A program made the position numbers and the translations under genes. The notes below the pieces were generated by a model. That model had not been told where the DNA came from, did not search any database, and saw only the letters and a program-made list of their open reading frames with translations. DNA of 64,000 nucleotides from a bacterium (GTDB taxonomy: Bacteria > Bacillota_I > Bacilli_A > RFN20 > CAG-826): the NCBI GenBank assembly GCA_963623195.1, contig CAVFKA010000002.1, positions 15,997-79,996 of the forward strand. The letters are read 5' to 3'. Positions 46,645 through 56,028 of the stretch are shown one piece after another; positions within the stretch are counted from its first letter, which is position 1; each line of letters starts with the position of its first letter.

Positions 46645-47744
46645 TGGAAGATAGTATGCGTAAGCGACTCGAAGTCGTTAAAAAAAGATATGAAGAAATC
46701 GAAGAGGAGTTAGCGGATCCAGCCATTGGCGATGATGTTAAAAAACTCACAGATTTATCTAAAGAAAGAGCTTCATTAGAAAAACCTTATGAAGCCTATG
46801 CAAAATATAGAAAACTCGAAAGCGATGCCAAAGACGCCTTAGAACTCATTTCAAGTGGTGAAGACCCTGAACTCGTTGAGGTACTCAAAGAAGAAAGAAA
46901 AGAGATGCTCAATGAAATGGAGAAGATGGAAGAGGAACTTAAAATCCAACTTATTCCAGCAGATCCTAACGATTCAAAGAACATCATCGTTGAACTTCGT
47001 GGAGCCGTAGGGGGAGATGAAGCCAACATTTTTGCTGGTGATCTTTTCCGTATGTACACCCGTTATTGCGAAGAGCAAGGGTGGAAACTCCAATATATCG
47101 ATGGTGAAGAAGGATCATCTGGCGGATATTCCTTCGTTTCCTTCATGGTTAAAGGAGAAAACGTCTATTCAAAACTTAAGTTTGAAAGTGGTGCTCACCG
47201 TGTCCAACGCGTTCCTAAGACTGAAGCATCAGGACGTATTCATACTTCGACTGCAACGGTTCTTGTTATGCCTGAAGCTGAAGAAGTTGATGTCAAAATC
47301 GATCCAGCAGATTTGAAAGTTGATACATATCGTTCTCAAGGCGCAGGTGGACAAAACGTTAATAAAACAGAATCAGCCGTCCGTGTTACACACATTCCAA
47401 CCGGTATCGTTGTTTCTTGCCAAACAGAAAAAGCTCAACTTCAAAACAAAGAAATTTGTATGCGTACAATCAGAGCGAAAGTTAAAGACTATTATCAATC
47501 TTTAGAAGATTCCGCTCGTGATAGCGAAAGAAAACTCAAAGTTGGCACAGGTGAAAGAAGTGAAAAGATCCGTACATATAACTATCCTCAGAACCGTGTC
47601 ACCGATCATCGTATTGGATTTACAACAAACAGTTTAGACAGAGTAATGGAAGGCGATCTTGAACCTATCGTTGATGCGTTGATACATTTCGACCAAGAAC
47701 AAAAACTTTTAGAAAGTGGAATTAAAGATGCCAACAATAAGTGA
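46645..47744 (+). CDS. prfA: Peptide chain release factor 1
   Basis: GGQ motif (GAGGQNVNKTESAVRVTHIPTGIVVSCQ). Start placed at MEDSMRKRLE with GGAGA 9 nt upstream; the ORF-track start at 46599 is less likely. Confidence 0.85.
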
Positions 47745-48576
47745 AGCACTTAAAGAAGCCTTTGAATATGGCAAGGAAGAAGAAGTCGATTCTTTAGACT
47801 TACGTTTACTTGCGATGAAAGACGAAGGATTCTCTGAACAAATTGACGTTATCATCAACAAAGACAAAGAGATGAAAAATTATGATCTCTTTAGAAGACA
47901 GTACCATCTTTTGATTGACGAAGATATGCCTGTTGAATACATCATCAATGAGGCTGATTTCTTAGGGCAAAAGATATACGTCGATAATAACGTCTTAATC
48001 CCTAGAGGTGAGACTGAAGAGATGATTGCAATGCTCTCCGAAAAGATTAGCAAGTATTATGACCCAAGAATGTATTTGGTCTGTGGCGATATCGGAACTG
48101 GATCCGGATGCATTCCTCTTGCTTTAAAAGCGTATTTCCCTAATTGGTTACTTGCCGCTTCAGACATATCTGAAAAAGCTCTTGCTGTTGCAAAGAAGAA
48201 CTTTCACGATAATGGCATCAATGTTCAAACGATGCTAGGCGACGCTTTAACTCCTTATATAGAGAACAAAGTTAATCTTGATATCATCATTTCTAACCCA
48301 CCCTATATTCTAAATAAAGAAGACGCTCAAGAATCGGTAAGAAGATATGAGCCTTCAAGCGCTTTATGGTTAGATAAAAATCATTCAGTTTATGAGTCAA
48401 TATTAAGGGATTATAAGAAAGTTAAAAAAGGTGATATTCTCATGGTCTTTGAAATATCTCCAGATCTTGAAGAATATCTTACTGATTTAATTAAAAAATA
48501 CATGGATAAACCTGAATATTCATTTGAAAAAGATTTAAATGGATTTACTCGTTTCCTCTTTATATATGAAGAGTAG
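47716..48576 (+). CDS. prmC: Release-factor glutamine N5-methyltransferase
   Basis: NPPY catalytic motif (IISNPPYIL) and SAM-binding GDIGTGSGCI. The start could alternatively be at 47728. Confidence 0.85.
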   Translation: MELKMPTISEALKEAFEYGKEEEVDSLDLRLLAMKDEGFSEQIDVIINKDKEMKNYDLFRRQYHLLIDEDMPVEYIINEADFLGQKIYVDNNVLIPRGETEEMIAMLSEKISKYYDPRMYLVCGDIGTGSGCIPLALKAYFPNWLLAASDISEKALAVAKKNFHDNGINVQTMLGDALTPYIENKVNLDIIISNPPYILNKEDAQESVRRYEPSSALWLDKNHSVYESILRDYKKVKKGDILMVFEISPDLEEYLTDLIKKYMDKPEYSFEKDLNGFTRFLFIYEE

Positions 48577-48590
48577 AAGGTAGATATAAA

Positions 48591-49205
48591 ATGGAATATT
48601 TAAATCAAAAAAACGTAAAATCGGCGGTAAAAGTCCTTCAAAATGATGAAGTGCTAGCTTTACCAACCGAAACTGTTTATGGAATTTGCGTTGCTTATGA
48701 TTCCAAAGACGCATTTCAAAAGATGGTTGATGTCAAAAGAAGGTCTCCAGACAAACCATTTGCTCTAGCATGCGCCTCAGTTGATCAAGCCTTAAACTAT
48801 ATTGAGGTTGATAAACACATCGAAAACGTGATGAGAACATTCCTTCCTGGAGAGTTAACTGTATTAGTCAATGCAAAAAAAGATTTACCATGGCACGTAA
48901 CCCTTGGTACAAACGTTATTGGAATACGTGTTCCTGCATATAAATTCATAACTGATTTGTTAGATGAATTTGGTAAACCAGTATTGCTTACATCAGCAAA
49001 TATTTCCGGCCAGCCAACATCAAGAAACTATGACGAAGTTCTATCTTATTTTGATAATGAAATTGGTGGAATCGTTTCAGGAGAATGTGTCTCACAAGTT
49101 GCAAGCACAATAGTTGATTTATCTAAGGAAGGCAAAATTACTTTGGTTAGAAATGGGCCAATCCCATTTGAAGAAATAATGAAAGTCTGGGAGGAGACAA
49201 AATGA
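48591..49205 (+). CDS. tsaC: L-threonylcarbamoyladenylate synthase (YrdC-domain only)
   Basis: YrdC/Sua5 domain; 204 aa. Confidence 0.8.
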   Translation: MEYLNQKNVKSAVKVLQNDEVLALPTETVYGICVAYDSKDAFQKMVDVKRRSPDKPFALACASVDQALNYIEVDKHIENVMRTFLPGELTVLVNAKKDLPWHVTLGTNVIGIRVPAYKFITDLLDEFGKPVLLTSANISGQPTSRNYDEVLSYFDNEIGGIVSGECVSQVASTIVDLSKEGKITLVRNGPIPFEEIMKVWEETK

Positions 49206-49639
49206 AAATTGCATTAGGTTCTGATCATGCCGGTTTTGAATTAAAGGAAGAAATCAAGAAATATCTTCTTAAAAAAGGATACGAAGTTCTTGATGAGGGA
49301 CCATCTACTCCTGATAGGGTTGATTATCCTGATTATGGTGCAAAAGTTGGTAGAGCAGTTGTAGCAAAAGAAGCGGATTTTGGCATCGTTTGCTGCGGTT
49401 CGGCCGAAGGAATTTCTATTGCTGCAAATAAAATCAAAGGCGTTCGTTGCGGCATAGGCTATAACGATGAAGTTTCAAAACTCTTAAGACAGCATAATGA
49501 CGGAAATGTTATCGCATTTGCTGGTAGATTTATGAGCGTTGAAGAAGTTCTCCCACGTGTCGATCTCTTCTTGAACACTCCATTTGAGGGCGGACGTCAT
49601 ACTGAAAGGGTCGCAAAAATCACCGCTTTAGAAAATTAA
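49202..49639 (+). CDS. rpiB: Ribose-5-phosphate isomerase B
   Basis: MKIALGSDHAGFELKEEI N-terminus and RpiB/LacAB fold; 145 aa. Confidence 0.85.
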   Translation: MKIALGSDHAGFELKEEIKKYLLKKGYEVLDEGPSTPDRVDYPDYGAKVGRAVVAKEADFGIVCCGSAEGISIAANKIKGVRCGIGYNDEVSKLLRQHNDGNVIAFAGRFMSVEEVLPRVDLFLNTPFEGGRHTERVAKITALEN

Positions 49640-49669
49640 TTAAGTATCACGACTAGTTTATACATAATT

Positions 49670-49695
49670 ACACCTTTAAAAAGGTGTTTTTATTT
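49670..49695 (+). terminator. Rho-independent terminator after rpiB
   Basis: acaccttt / aaaggtgt stem followed by TTTTTATTTT. Confidence 0.65.
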
Positions 49696-49749
49696 TAATG
49701 TGCTTTATATACTCTCTCGAAAGTGTTAACATTTTTTGGGTATTAGATT

Positions 49750-50046
49750 ATGAAAAAAATTACAAGAGAAGTATTAACAGATGCCGCTAACAGATTGCTT
49801 TTCACAATGTCGGATGAGCAATACGCGACTCTCGAAGACGAATTCAAGACATTAATCAAGCAAATGGGCAAAATCGGTGAGATCCCAGATTTAGACAAAT
49901 ATGAGCCAATGACATTCCCATTTGATTGCGAAACATCTTTCCTCCGTGAAGATGAACCAGTTGAACCTTTAGCAAGAGACGTTGCTTTAAAGAACGCTGG
50001 AAACAAACAAGATAATCAAGTCAAATTACCAAAGGTTGTTTTATGA
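49750..50046 (+). CDS. gatC: Glu-tRNA(Gln) amidotransferase subunit C
   Basis: 98 aa immediately upstream of, and overlapping, gatA (ATGA). Confidence 0.8.
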   Translation: MKKITREVLTDAANRLLFTMSDEQYATLEDEFKTLIKQMGKIGEIPDLDKYEPMTFPFDCETSFLREDEPVEPLARDVALKNAGNKQDNQVKLPKVVL

Positions 50047-51512
50047 ACTATTTAGATTTATCACTTAAAGAAATGCATGAAGCATTAGTGGCTAAAAAGG
50101 TCACACCTCTCGAATTAACAAAAGAAGCACTTAAGAGAGCGCATGAAAATAAAGATAACGCTTTTGAATTCATCAACGATGAAGGCGCTATCGCTTTTGC
50201 TTCAACTCTTACTGAACCAGAAGAAGACAATCTTTTCTGGGGAATTCCATATGTTGCAAAAGATAATTTCTCTACAAAAGATATCCCTACAACAGCATCT
50301 AGTAACGTTTTAAACGGATACGTGCCTGTTTTCAATGCAACAGTAATCAATAAATTAAACGATGCAAAAGCCATCATGATTGCAAAGGCAACCTTAGATG
50401 AATTAGCTATGGGTGGCACTGGTACAACAGGTCACTTAGGAAAGACATACAACCCTTATGATCCATCACATACAAGACAAGTTGGTGGTTCATCATGTGG
50501 ATCTGCCGCATCGGTTGCTGCTGGCATTGCTCCATTCTCATTAGGATCTGATACGGGCGACTCTGTTCGTAAACCTGCCTCATTTGCAGGCTTGGTTGGT
50601 ATGAAACCAACTTGGGGAAGAATTTCTCGTTTTGGTCTTTTCCCATTCGCTCCATCTCTTGATCATGTTGGATATTTCACAAAAGACGTTTACGCTTCCG
50701 CAGCTTTATTGAACGTTCTTTCAGGACGCGACGATCATGACTCAACCTCCTCCGTTAAGCCAGTTGAAGATTTCACTTCAGATTTAAATAAAGACGTTTC
50801 CGGAATGAAGGTTGCCATCATCAAAGAAATCTATGATTCCATTACAAATAAGGAACTTTTACAACATTTTGATAATTCCGTTGAAAAATTAAAAGAGATG
50901 GGAATTACGGTGGATTTTGTGAATTTTGATATCAAATTACTTGAATCATTATATGCAACATACATGGTTATTTCCTGTGCTGAAGCAACTTCAAACGATG
51001 CCAATTTAGATGGTATTAAATTTGGTCCATTCAAAGGTGGAAAAACATATCAAGAAGTTATGTTTAATGCTCGTAATGAAGGTTTCTCAGAGCTTATTAA
51101 ACGTCGTTTCGTTATCGGTTCATATTGCCTTATGGCTGAAAACCAAGATGAATTATTCTTACGTGCTCAAAGAAATAGAGCGAAGATTGTTGAAACAGTT
51201 AATAACATCTTAAAAGATTATGATTTCATCTATCTTCCAGCCGCTCCTGGAATTGCACCTAAGTTCGATGATTCCTCTGATCGCTTATCGGATGAATACT
51301 TACTTGCAGATAACCATCTTTGCTTAGGAAATTTCGCAGGGCTTCCATCAATCAGCTTGCCTTTAGCATTCCAAGAAGAAATGCCTCTTGGCGTTAACTT
51401 CATGGGTAGAGCCTTTGAGGAAAAGAAATTGTTCCAAATCGCTCAAGCATTTGAAAATATATCTGGCCTAGCCAACCTATCAATCAATAACAAAAAGGAG
51501 GGAAATTTATGA
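50043..51512 (+). CDS. gatA: Glu-tRNA(Gln) amidotransferase subunit A
   Basis: Amidase signature GGSSCGSAASVAAG with catalytic Ser. Confidence 0.9.
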   Translation: MNYLDLSLKEMHEALVAKKVTPLELTKEALKRAHENKDNAFEFINDEGAIAFASTLTEPEEDNLFWGIPYVAKDNFSTKDIPTTASSNVLNGYVPVFNATVINKLNDAKAIMIAKATLDELAMGGTGTTGHLGKTYNPYDPSHTRQVGGSSCGSAASVAAGIAPFSLGSDTGDSVRKPASFAGLVGMKPTWGRISRFGLFPFAPSLDHVGYFTKDVYASAALLNVLSGRDDHDSTSSVKPVEDFTSDLNKDVSGMKVAIIKEIYDSITNKELLQHFDNSVEKLKEMGITVDFVNFDIKLLESLYATYMVISCAEATSNDANLDGIKFGPFKGGKTYQEVMFNARNEGFSELIKRRFVIGSYCLMAENQDELFLRAQRNRAKIVETVNNILKDYDFIYLPAAPGIAPKFDDSSDRLSDEYLLADNHLCLGNFAGLPSISLPLAFQEEMPLGVNFMGRAFEEKKLFQIAQAFENISGLANLSINNKKEGNL

Positions 51513-52936
51513 ACTTTGAAGCAGTGATCGGTCTTGAAATTCACGTTCAGCAAAAAACAAAATCTAAAATGTTTTCTGCTTCCCCAAATTCATTCTCTCG
51601 TGACCCAAACACACAAACGTCCCCCCTCGATATGGGTTTCCCAGGTGCAATGCCTGTCGTAAACAAACAAGCCGTTATTAACGCAATTCGTGTTGCAAAC
51701 GCTCTCCATATGGAGATTGACCATACTTTATATTTTGATCGTAAGAACTATTTCTACTCTGATCTTCCAAAGGGATTCCAAATCACCCAGCAAAGAAGAC
51801 CGATCGGAAAGAATGGTTACGTTATGGTTGCCACTCCAAATGGACCAAAACGCATCGGAATTGAAAGAATTCATATGGAAGAAGATACATGTAAGCAAGA
51901 ACACTTCATGGATTATTCTCTCTTAGACTACAACCGTGCTGGTGTCCCTCTTTGTGAAATCGTTTCCTTGCCTGAAATCTCTAATGGCGTTGAAGCAAGA
52001 GAATATGCTGAAGCAATAAGAAACATTGTTGTTTATTCCGGAACAAGTGATGGAAAGATGGAAGAAGGCTCAATGAGATGTGATACTAACATTTCCATCC
52101 GCCCATATGGTCAAAAAGCATTCGGAACTAAGGTTGAAATTAAGAATATCAACTCCTTTAAGAACGTTGAATTGGCCATTGAATATGAAATCAAACGTCA
52201 ATCCGAACTCCTTTTACAAGGAATTAAGATTCAACAAGAAACAAGACGTTGGGATGAAGCAAGTGGACGCACAATCCTTATGCGTGTAAAGACTGATGCA
52301 GTCGACTATAAATATTTCTGTGAACCTAATATCACACCTATTCATTTATCTGATGAATTTGTGCAAAACGCTATCGATACATGCCCTGAATTATATGACT
52401 CAAAGAAAGAAAGATATCTCAAAGCAGGTCTTTCTGAAACTGATGCCAACGTTATTCTTTCCAATCCTAAAATGGCCGCATATTTTGAGGCTGGATTAGA
52501 GAAAGTAAGCAACGCTAAAAACTTAGCTAATTATTTAATTGTCGAAATAAATACTTATTTAAATAAGGAAGAAATTACAATCGACGAACTTAAATTAGCG
52601 CCTACGACATTAGCTGAGATAGTTTCTTTCCAAGAAAAGGGTGGTTTAACGCACAAACAATGCGTTGATATCTTAAATAAAGTTCTTGCGGACGGATGTT
52701 CTCCAGAAGAAGCAAAGAAAGCATTGAATATTGTTGCTCAAGTTTCCGATTCTGGAACAATTCTTGCCTTCGTAAACGAAGTTCTCGATAAGAATCCTCA
52801 ATCAATTGTTGATTACAAGGCAGGAAACCAAAGAGTTCTTGGCTTCTTGGTTGGCCAAATCATGAAAGCAAGTCATGGCAAGGTCAATCCAGCCGAAGTC
52901 TCTAAAATCTTAAATCAGGAATTAAATAAAAGATGA
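51509..52936 (+). CDS. gatB: Glu-tRNA(Gln) amidotransferase subunit B
   Basis: GatB/GatE catalytic domain (AVIGLEIHVQ...) and a C-terminal YqeY-like domain. Confidence 0.9.
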   Translation: MNFEAVIGLEIHVQQKTKSKMFSASPNSFSRDPNTQTSPLDMGFPGAMPVVNKQAVINAIRVANALHMEIDHTLYFDRKNYFYSDLPKGFQITQQRRPIGKNGYVMVATPNGPKRIGIERIHMEEDTCKQEHFMDYSLLDYNRAGVPLCEIVSLPEISNGVEAREYAEAIRNIVVYSGTSDGKMEEGSMRCDTNISIRPYGQKAFGTKVEIKNINSFKNVELAIEYEIKRQSELLLQGIKIQQETRRWDEASGRTILMRVKTDAVDYKYFCEPNITPIHLSDEFVQNAIDTCPELYDSKKERYLKAGLSETDANVILSNPKMAAYFEAGLEKVSNAKNLANYLIVEINTYLNKEEITIDELKLAPTTLAEIVSFQEKGGLTHKQCVDILNKVLADGCSPEEAKKALNIVAQVSDSGTILAFVNEVLDKNPQSIVDYKAGNQRVLGFLVGQIMKASHGKVNPAEVSKILNQELNKR

Positions 52937-53646
52937 AACAAGAAGAGTTAACTAAATTAAAAGAATATCTTGATAAGGCATCTAATTTTGAATTGCCTAC
53001 CTATGATCATTTACCAGCCGTTCCTTTATATATGGAACAGGTTGTTTCTTATGTTAACTCTATTCTTGAGCCTTTATCTGTATCTGATAAACAGAAACTT
53101 ACGTCTTTCATGGTTAACAACTATGTTAAGGCTAAGATTATCTCCGAACCTAATAAGAAAAAATATAATGTCGACCATCTTGGCTATCTTTTAGCTATAT
53201 CTTTATTAAAGAATGTCGTAAACATGAACGATCTATCTTTGATAATCGACATGGATAAAGATGTTACAACCGACAAAGCTGTTCTTTATAGATTCTTTAA
53301 GAGCATGTCTTCTGACATTTTCAAAGATGTAGCCGGAAGAGCCAAAATAAGGGTTGATAGATTTGAAGAAAACTACGAGAAAGAAAAACTCGAAGACAAA
53401 AAGAAAGCTGAGCAATTTTTCGATGATTCTATCGGATTGATTGCTTTTAGAATGTCCATACAAGCTAGTGTTTATCAATCCGTATCACAGGCTTTGTATC
53501 GCTATCTTGAAGAATGCAAAAAGTCTGAAGAAATAGACAAGAAAGCTAAAAAGAAAGAAGAAAACGAAACAAAGCATAAGCAAAAGAAAGCTGATAAAGA
53601 AGCTAAAAAAGCTTCAAAAAAAGAAAAGAGGAGTGAAAAGAAATGA
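52933..53646 (+). CDS. Hypothetical protein with a Lys-rich C-terminal tail (possibly DUF1836-like)
   Basis: 237 aa, coupled by ATGA overlaps to gatB upstream and galE downstream. Tail is KKAKKKEENETKHKQKKADKEAKKASKKEKRSEKK. Confidence 0.55.
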   Translation: MKQEELTKLKEYLDKASNFELPTYDHLPAVPLYMEQVVSYVNSILEPLSVSDKQKLTSFMVNNYVKAKIISEPNKKKYNVDHLGYLLAISLLKNVVNMNDLSLIIDMDKDVTTDKAVLYRFFKSMSSDIFKDVAGRAKIRVDRFEENYEKEKLEDKKKAEQFFDDSIGLIAFRMSIQASVYQSVSQALYRYLEECKKSEEIDKKAKKKEENETKHKQKKADKEAKKASKKEKRSEKK

Positions 53647-54659
53647 AGAAAATCTTAGTTACTGGTGGCTTGGGATTCATTGGATCTGAAGCAACTATTT
53701 GCCTTATTGAAAATGGATATGAACCAATTATCGTTGACGATTTATATAATGCAAAATTAGCTGTTTTAGATAGAATTCAAACTATCACTGGAATCAAACC
53801 AAAATTCTATCAAATTGACTGTAAAAACGAAGAAGAAACAGAAAAGGTTTTTAAAGAAAATCAAATCGATGCAGTTATTCATTTCGCTGGTTATAAAGCT
53901 GTTGGCGAATCAGTTTCTAAACCTATCGAATATTATGAAAACAACTTAGAAACCTTAATCGTTATCGCAAAGTTGATGAAGAAATATGATGTTAACAATA
54001 TCATCTTCTCTTCAAGTGCGACAGTTTATGGTGTTCCTACGCGCGTTCCTCTATATGAATCTGATCCAGTTGCTGAAGCAACCAATCCATATGGTGAAAC
54101 TAAAGTAATGATCGAAAGAATTCTCAAAGATATTCAATTCGCATATCCATCATTAAATGTTGGAATCCTTCGTTATTTCAATCCAATAGGTGGTCATCCA
54201 TCTGGATTATTAGGCGAAGATCCAAACGGTTTGCCAAACAACTTATTACCATATGTTTCCCAAGTTGCTATTGGAAAACTTAAGTGTTTACGCATATTTG
54301 GCGATGATTATCCAACACCTGACGGAACTGGTGTCCGTGATTATATCCATGTCGTTGACTTAGCTAATGGACATGTTGCAGCACTAAAAAAACTCGAAGA
54401 AAACCCAGGTTATGTCGTATATAACTTAGGAACTGGCAAAGGAACATCCGTTCTTGAACTTGTTCATGCATACGAAAAAGCCAATAATGTTAAGATTCCT
54501 TATGAGATTGTTGGAAGACGTGCAGGGGATGTTGCGGAAAACTATGCTGACTGCACAAAAGCATGTAATGAACTTCACTGGAAAGCAAAATACACCATTG
54601 AAGATGCCTGCAGAGATGCCTATAACTTCCAAAAGAATAATCCAGAAGGCATAAAATAG
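53643..54659 (+). CDS. galE: UDP-glucose 4-epimerase
   Basis: VTGGLGFIGS Rossmann motif, catalytic Y in an NPYGETK (YxxxK) motif; 338 aa. Confidence 0.9.
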   Translation: MKKILVTGGLGFIGSEATICLIENGYEPIIVDDLYNAKLAVLDRIQTITGIKPKFYQIDCKNEEETEKVFKENQIDAVIHFAGYKAVGESVSKPIEYYENNLETLIVIAKLMKKYDVNNIIFSSSATVYGVPTRVPLYESDPVAEATNPYGETKVMIERILKDIQFAYPSLNVGILRYFNPIGGHPSGLLGEDPNGLPNNLLPYVSQVAIGKLKCLRIFGDDYPTPDGTGVRDYIHVVDLANGHVAALKKLEENPGYVVYNLGTGKGTSVLELVHAYEKANNVKIPYEIVGRRAGDVAENYADCTKACNELHWKAKYTIEDACRDAYNFQKNNPEGIK

Positions 54660-54685
54660 CCAAAAACGTAAAGGTCAAAAAAGCA

Positions 54686-54720
54686 GTAAAAAAGCAGATG
54701 TAATCGATATTACACCTGCT
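54686..54720. terminator. Bidirectional terminator between galE and the convergent RHH gene
   Basis: 12-bp stem agcagatgtaat / attacacctgct (one A.C mismatch on the plus strand, a G-U pair on the minus strand) with loop cgat, flanked by A- and T-runs. Confidence 0.65.
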
Positions 54721-54733
54721 TTTTCTTTTATTT

Positions 54734-54940
54734 TTAGCTATGCAAAGGCTTGATTTTTCTACCAGCATTGGAAGTTTTAGGCTTTCCAGCTAGCTCAAAT
54801 GGTATCTTTCCTTCCTTAACACATTGCTTTAAGAAGATGTTTATGGCTGTGCTCATAGACATGCCTATATCGTTAAAAAGTTTTTGAGCATCGTTTTTTA
54901 AATTGTCATCAATTCGCACTGTAATTATCGTTTTTTCCAT
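54734..54940 (-). CDS. RelB/DinJ-family ribbon-helix-helix antitoxin-like protein (orphan)
   Basis: MEKTIITVRIDDNLKNDAQKLFNDIGMSMSTAINIFLKQCVKEGKIPFEL matches the DinJ/RelB N-terminal RHH consensus. No RelE/YafQ-like ORF lies on either side. Confidence 0.7.
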   Translation of the reverse strand: MEKTIITVRIDDNLKNDAQKLFNDIGMSMSTAINIFLKQCVKEGKIPFELAGKPKTSNAGRKIKPLHS

Positions 54941-55120
54941 AAAATCTCCTTTGCAACTATAAATATACTAGCAAAACGCTATACAAACAATGAAAAACAT
55001 ATAAAAAAGCAATACAACCGCTATACAACTTTTTAAAAAGCTGATCTGAACCCCGTGAATGATTTAAATACAATGTTGTTGTATAATCTTTAATAAGCAG
55101 AACCATAAGGAGTTAAAATT

Positions 55121-56023
55121 ATGGAAATATTTAGCGTTAAAGTTGGCGAATGGATCCAAAAAGGAAACTGTTGGAAAGCCGATTCGCCTAAGGCAAACCT
55201 TGTTATGATGACAGGTATGCAAGAACATTCCGAACGTTATGATGACATGGCCAAATACTTAAATGGATTTGGAATTTCAATGTATGTTTTAGATGCCGTT
55301 GGACAAGGACTTAATGCACCAAAGGTTGAAGATCAGCAGAAGTGGTTTAAGGGAGCTTTTGATACCAATGTAACCGCTGCTCATCAAAAAATAATTGAGC
55401 TAAAAGAAGAGACTAAATTACCTACATACTTAATGGGACACTCGATGGGTTCTTTTATGACACAAAGGTATCTTGAACTTTTCCCTGATTCAGCAGACAA
55501 AGTTGTTATTTGGGGTTCTAATGGGCCATGTAGAATGAAGATGCTTTTATCTTTCGGATTAGCATCTTTACTCACTACGAAAAAGAATTGGGATAAACCT
55601 TCTCCATTTATAACGAATGCTGCTTTTGGCGGATATATAAAATCCGTTAAAAATAGAAAAACTGATTTGGATTGGCTTTCAGCTAATGAAGACAACGTTA
55701 AAGAATATATAAATGATCCATATTGTGGAGCAGATAATACTCATGGTTTCTGGAAGGAATTCCTTCGTGGAGAGAATGAACTCTACAAGAAAAAGAATTT
55801 GAAGAAAATTTCTAAGAAAGAAAAAATTCTTATTGTGTCTGGAGAAGATGATCCTGTTGGAGAGATGGGAAAAGGCCCAAGACGTTTGAAGAAGATGTAT
55901 AACAAACTCGGCTTAGAAGACGTAACAATTTTCATGTTCCCAAATATGCGCCATGAAATCCATAACGAAAAAGACAAACATTTGGTTTATAAAGTCTTAT
56001 CTGATTTTTTGACTGTTGAATAA
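55121..56023 (+). CDS. Alpha/beta hydrolase (lysophospholipase or monoacylglycerol-lipase-like)
   Basis: GHSMGS nucleophile elbow and a C-terminal D/H. It has an AAGGAG RBS and a TATAAT -10. Confidence 0.8.
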   Translation: MEIFSVKVGEWIQKGNCWKADSPKANLVMMTGMQEHSERYDDMAKYLNGFGISMYVLDAVGQGLNAPKVEDQQKWFKGAFDTNVTAAHQKIIELKEETKLPTYLMGHSMGSFMTQRYLELFPDSADKVVIWGSNGPCRMKMLLSFGLASLLTTKKNWDKPSPFITNAAFGGYIKSVKNRKTDLDWLSANEDNVKEYINDPYCGADNTHGFWKEFLRGENELYKKKNLKKISKKEKILIVSGEDDPVGEMGKGPRRLKKMYNKLGLEDVTIFMFPNMRHEIHNEKDKHLVYKVLSDFLTVE

Positions 56024-56028
56024 CACTT

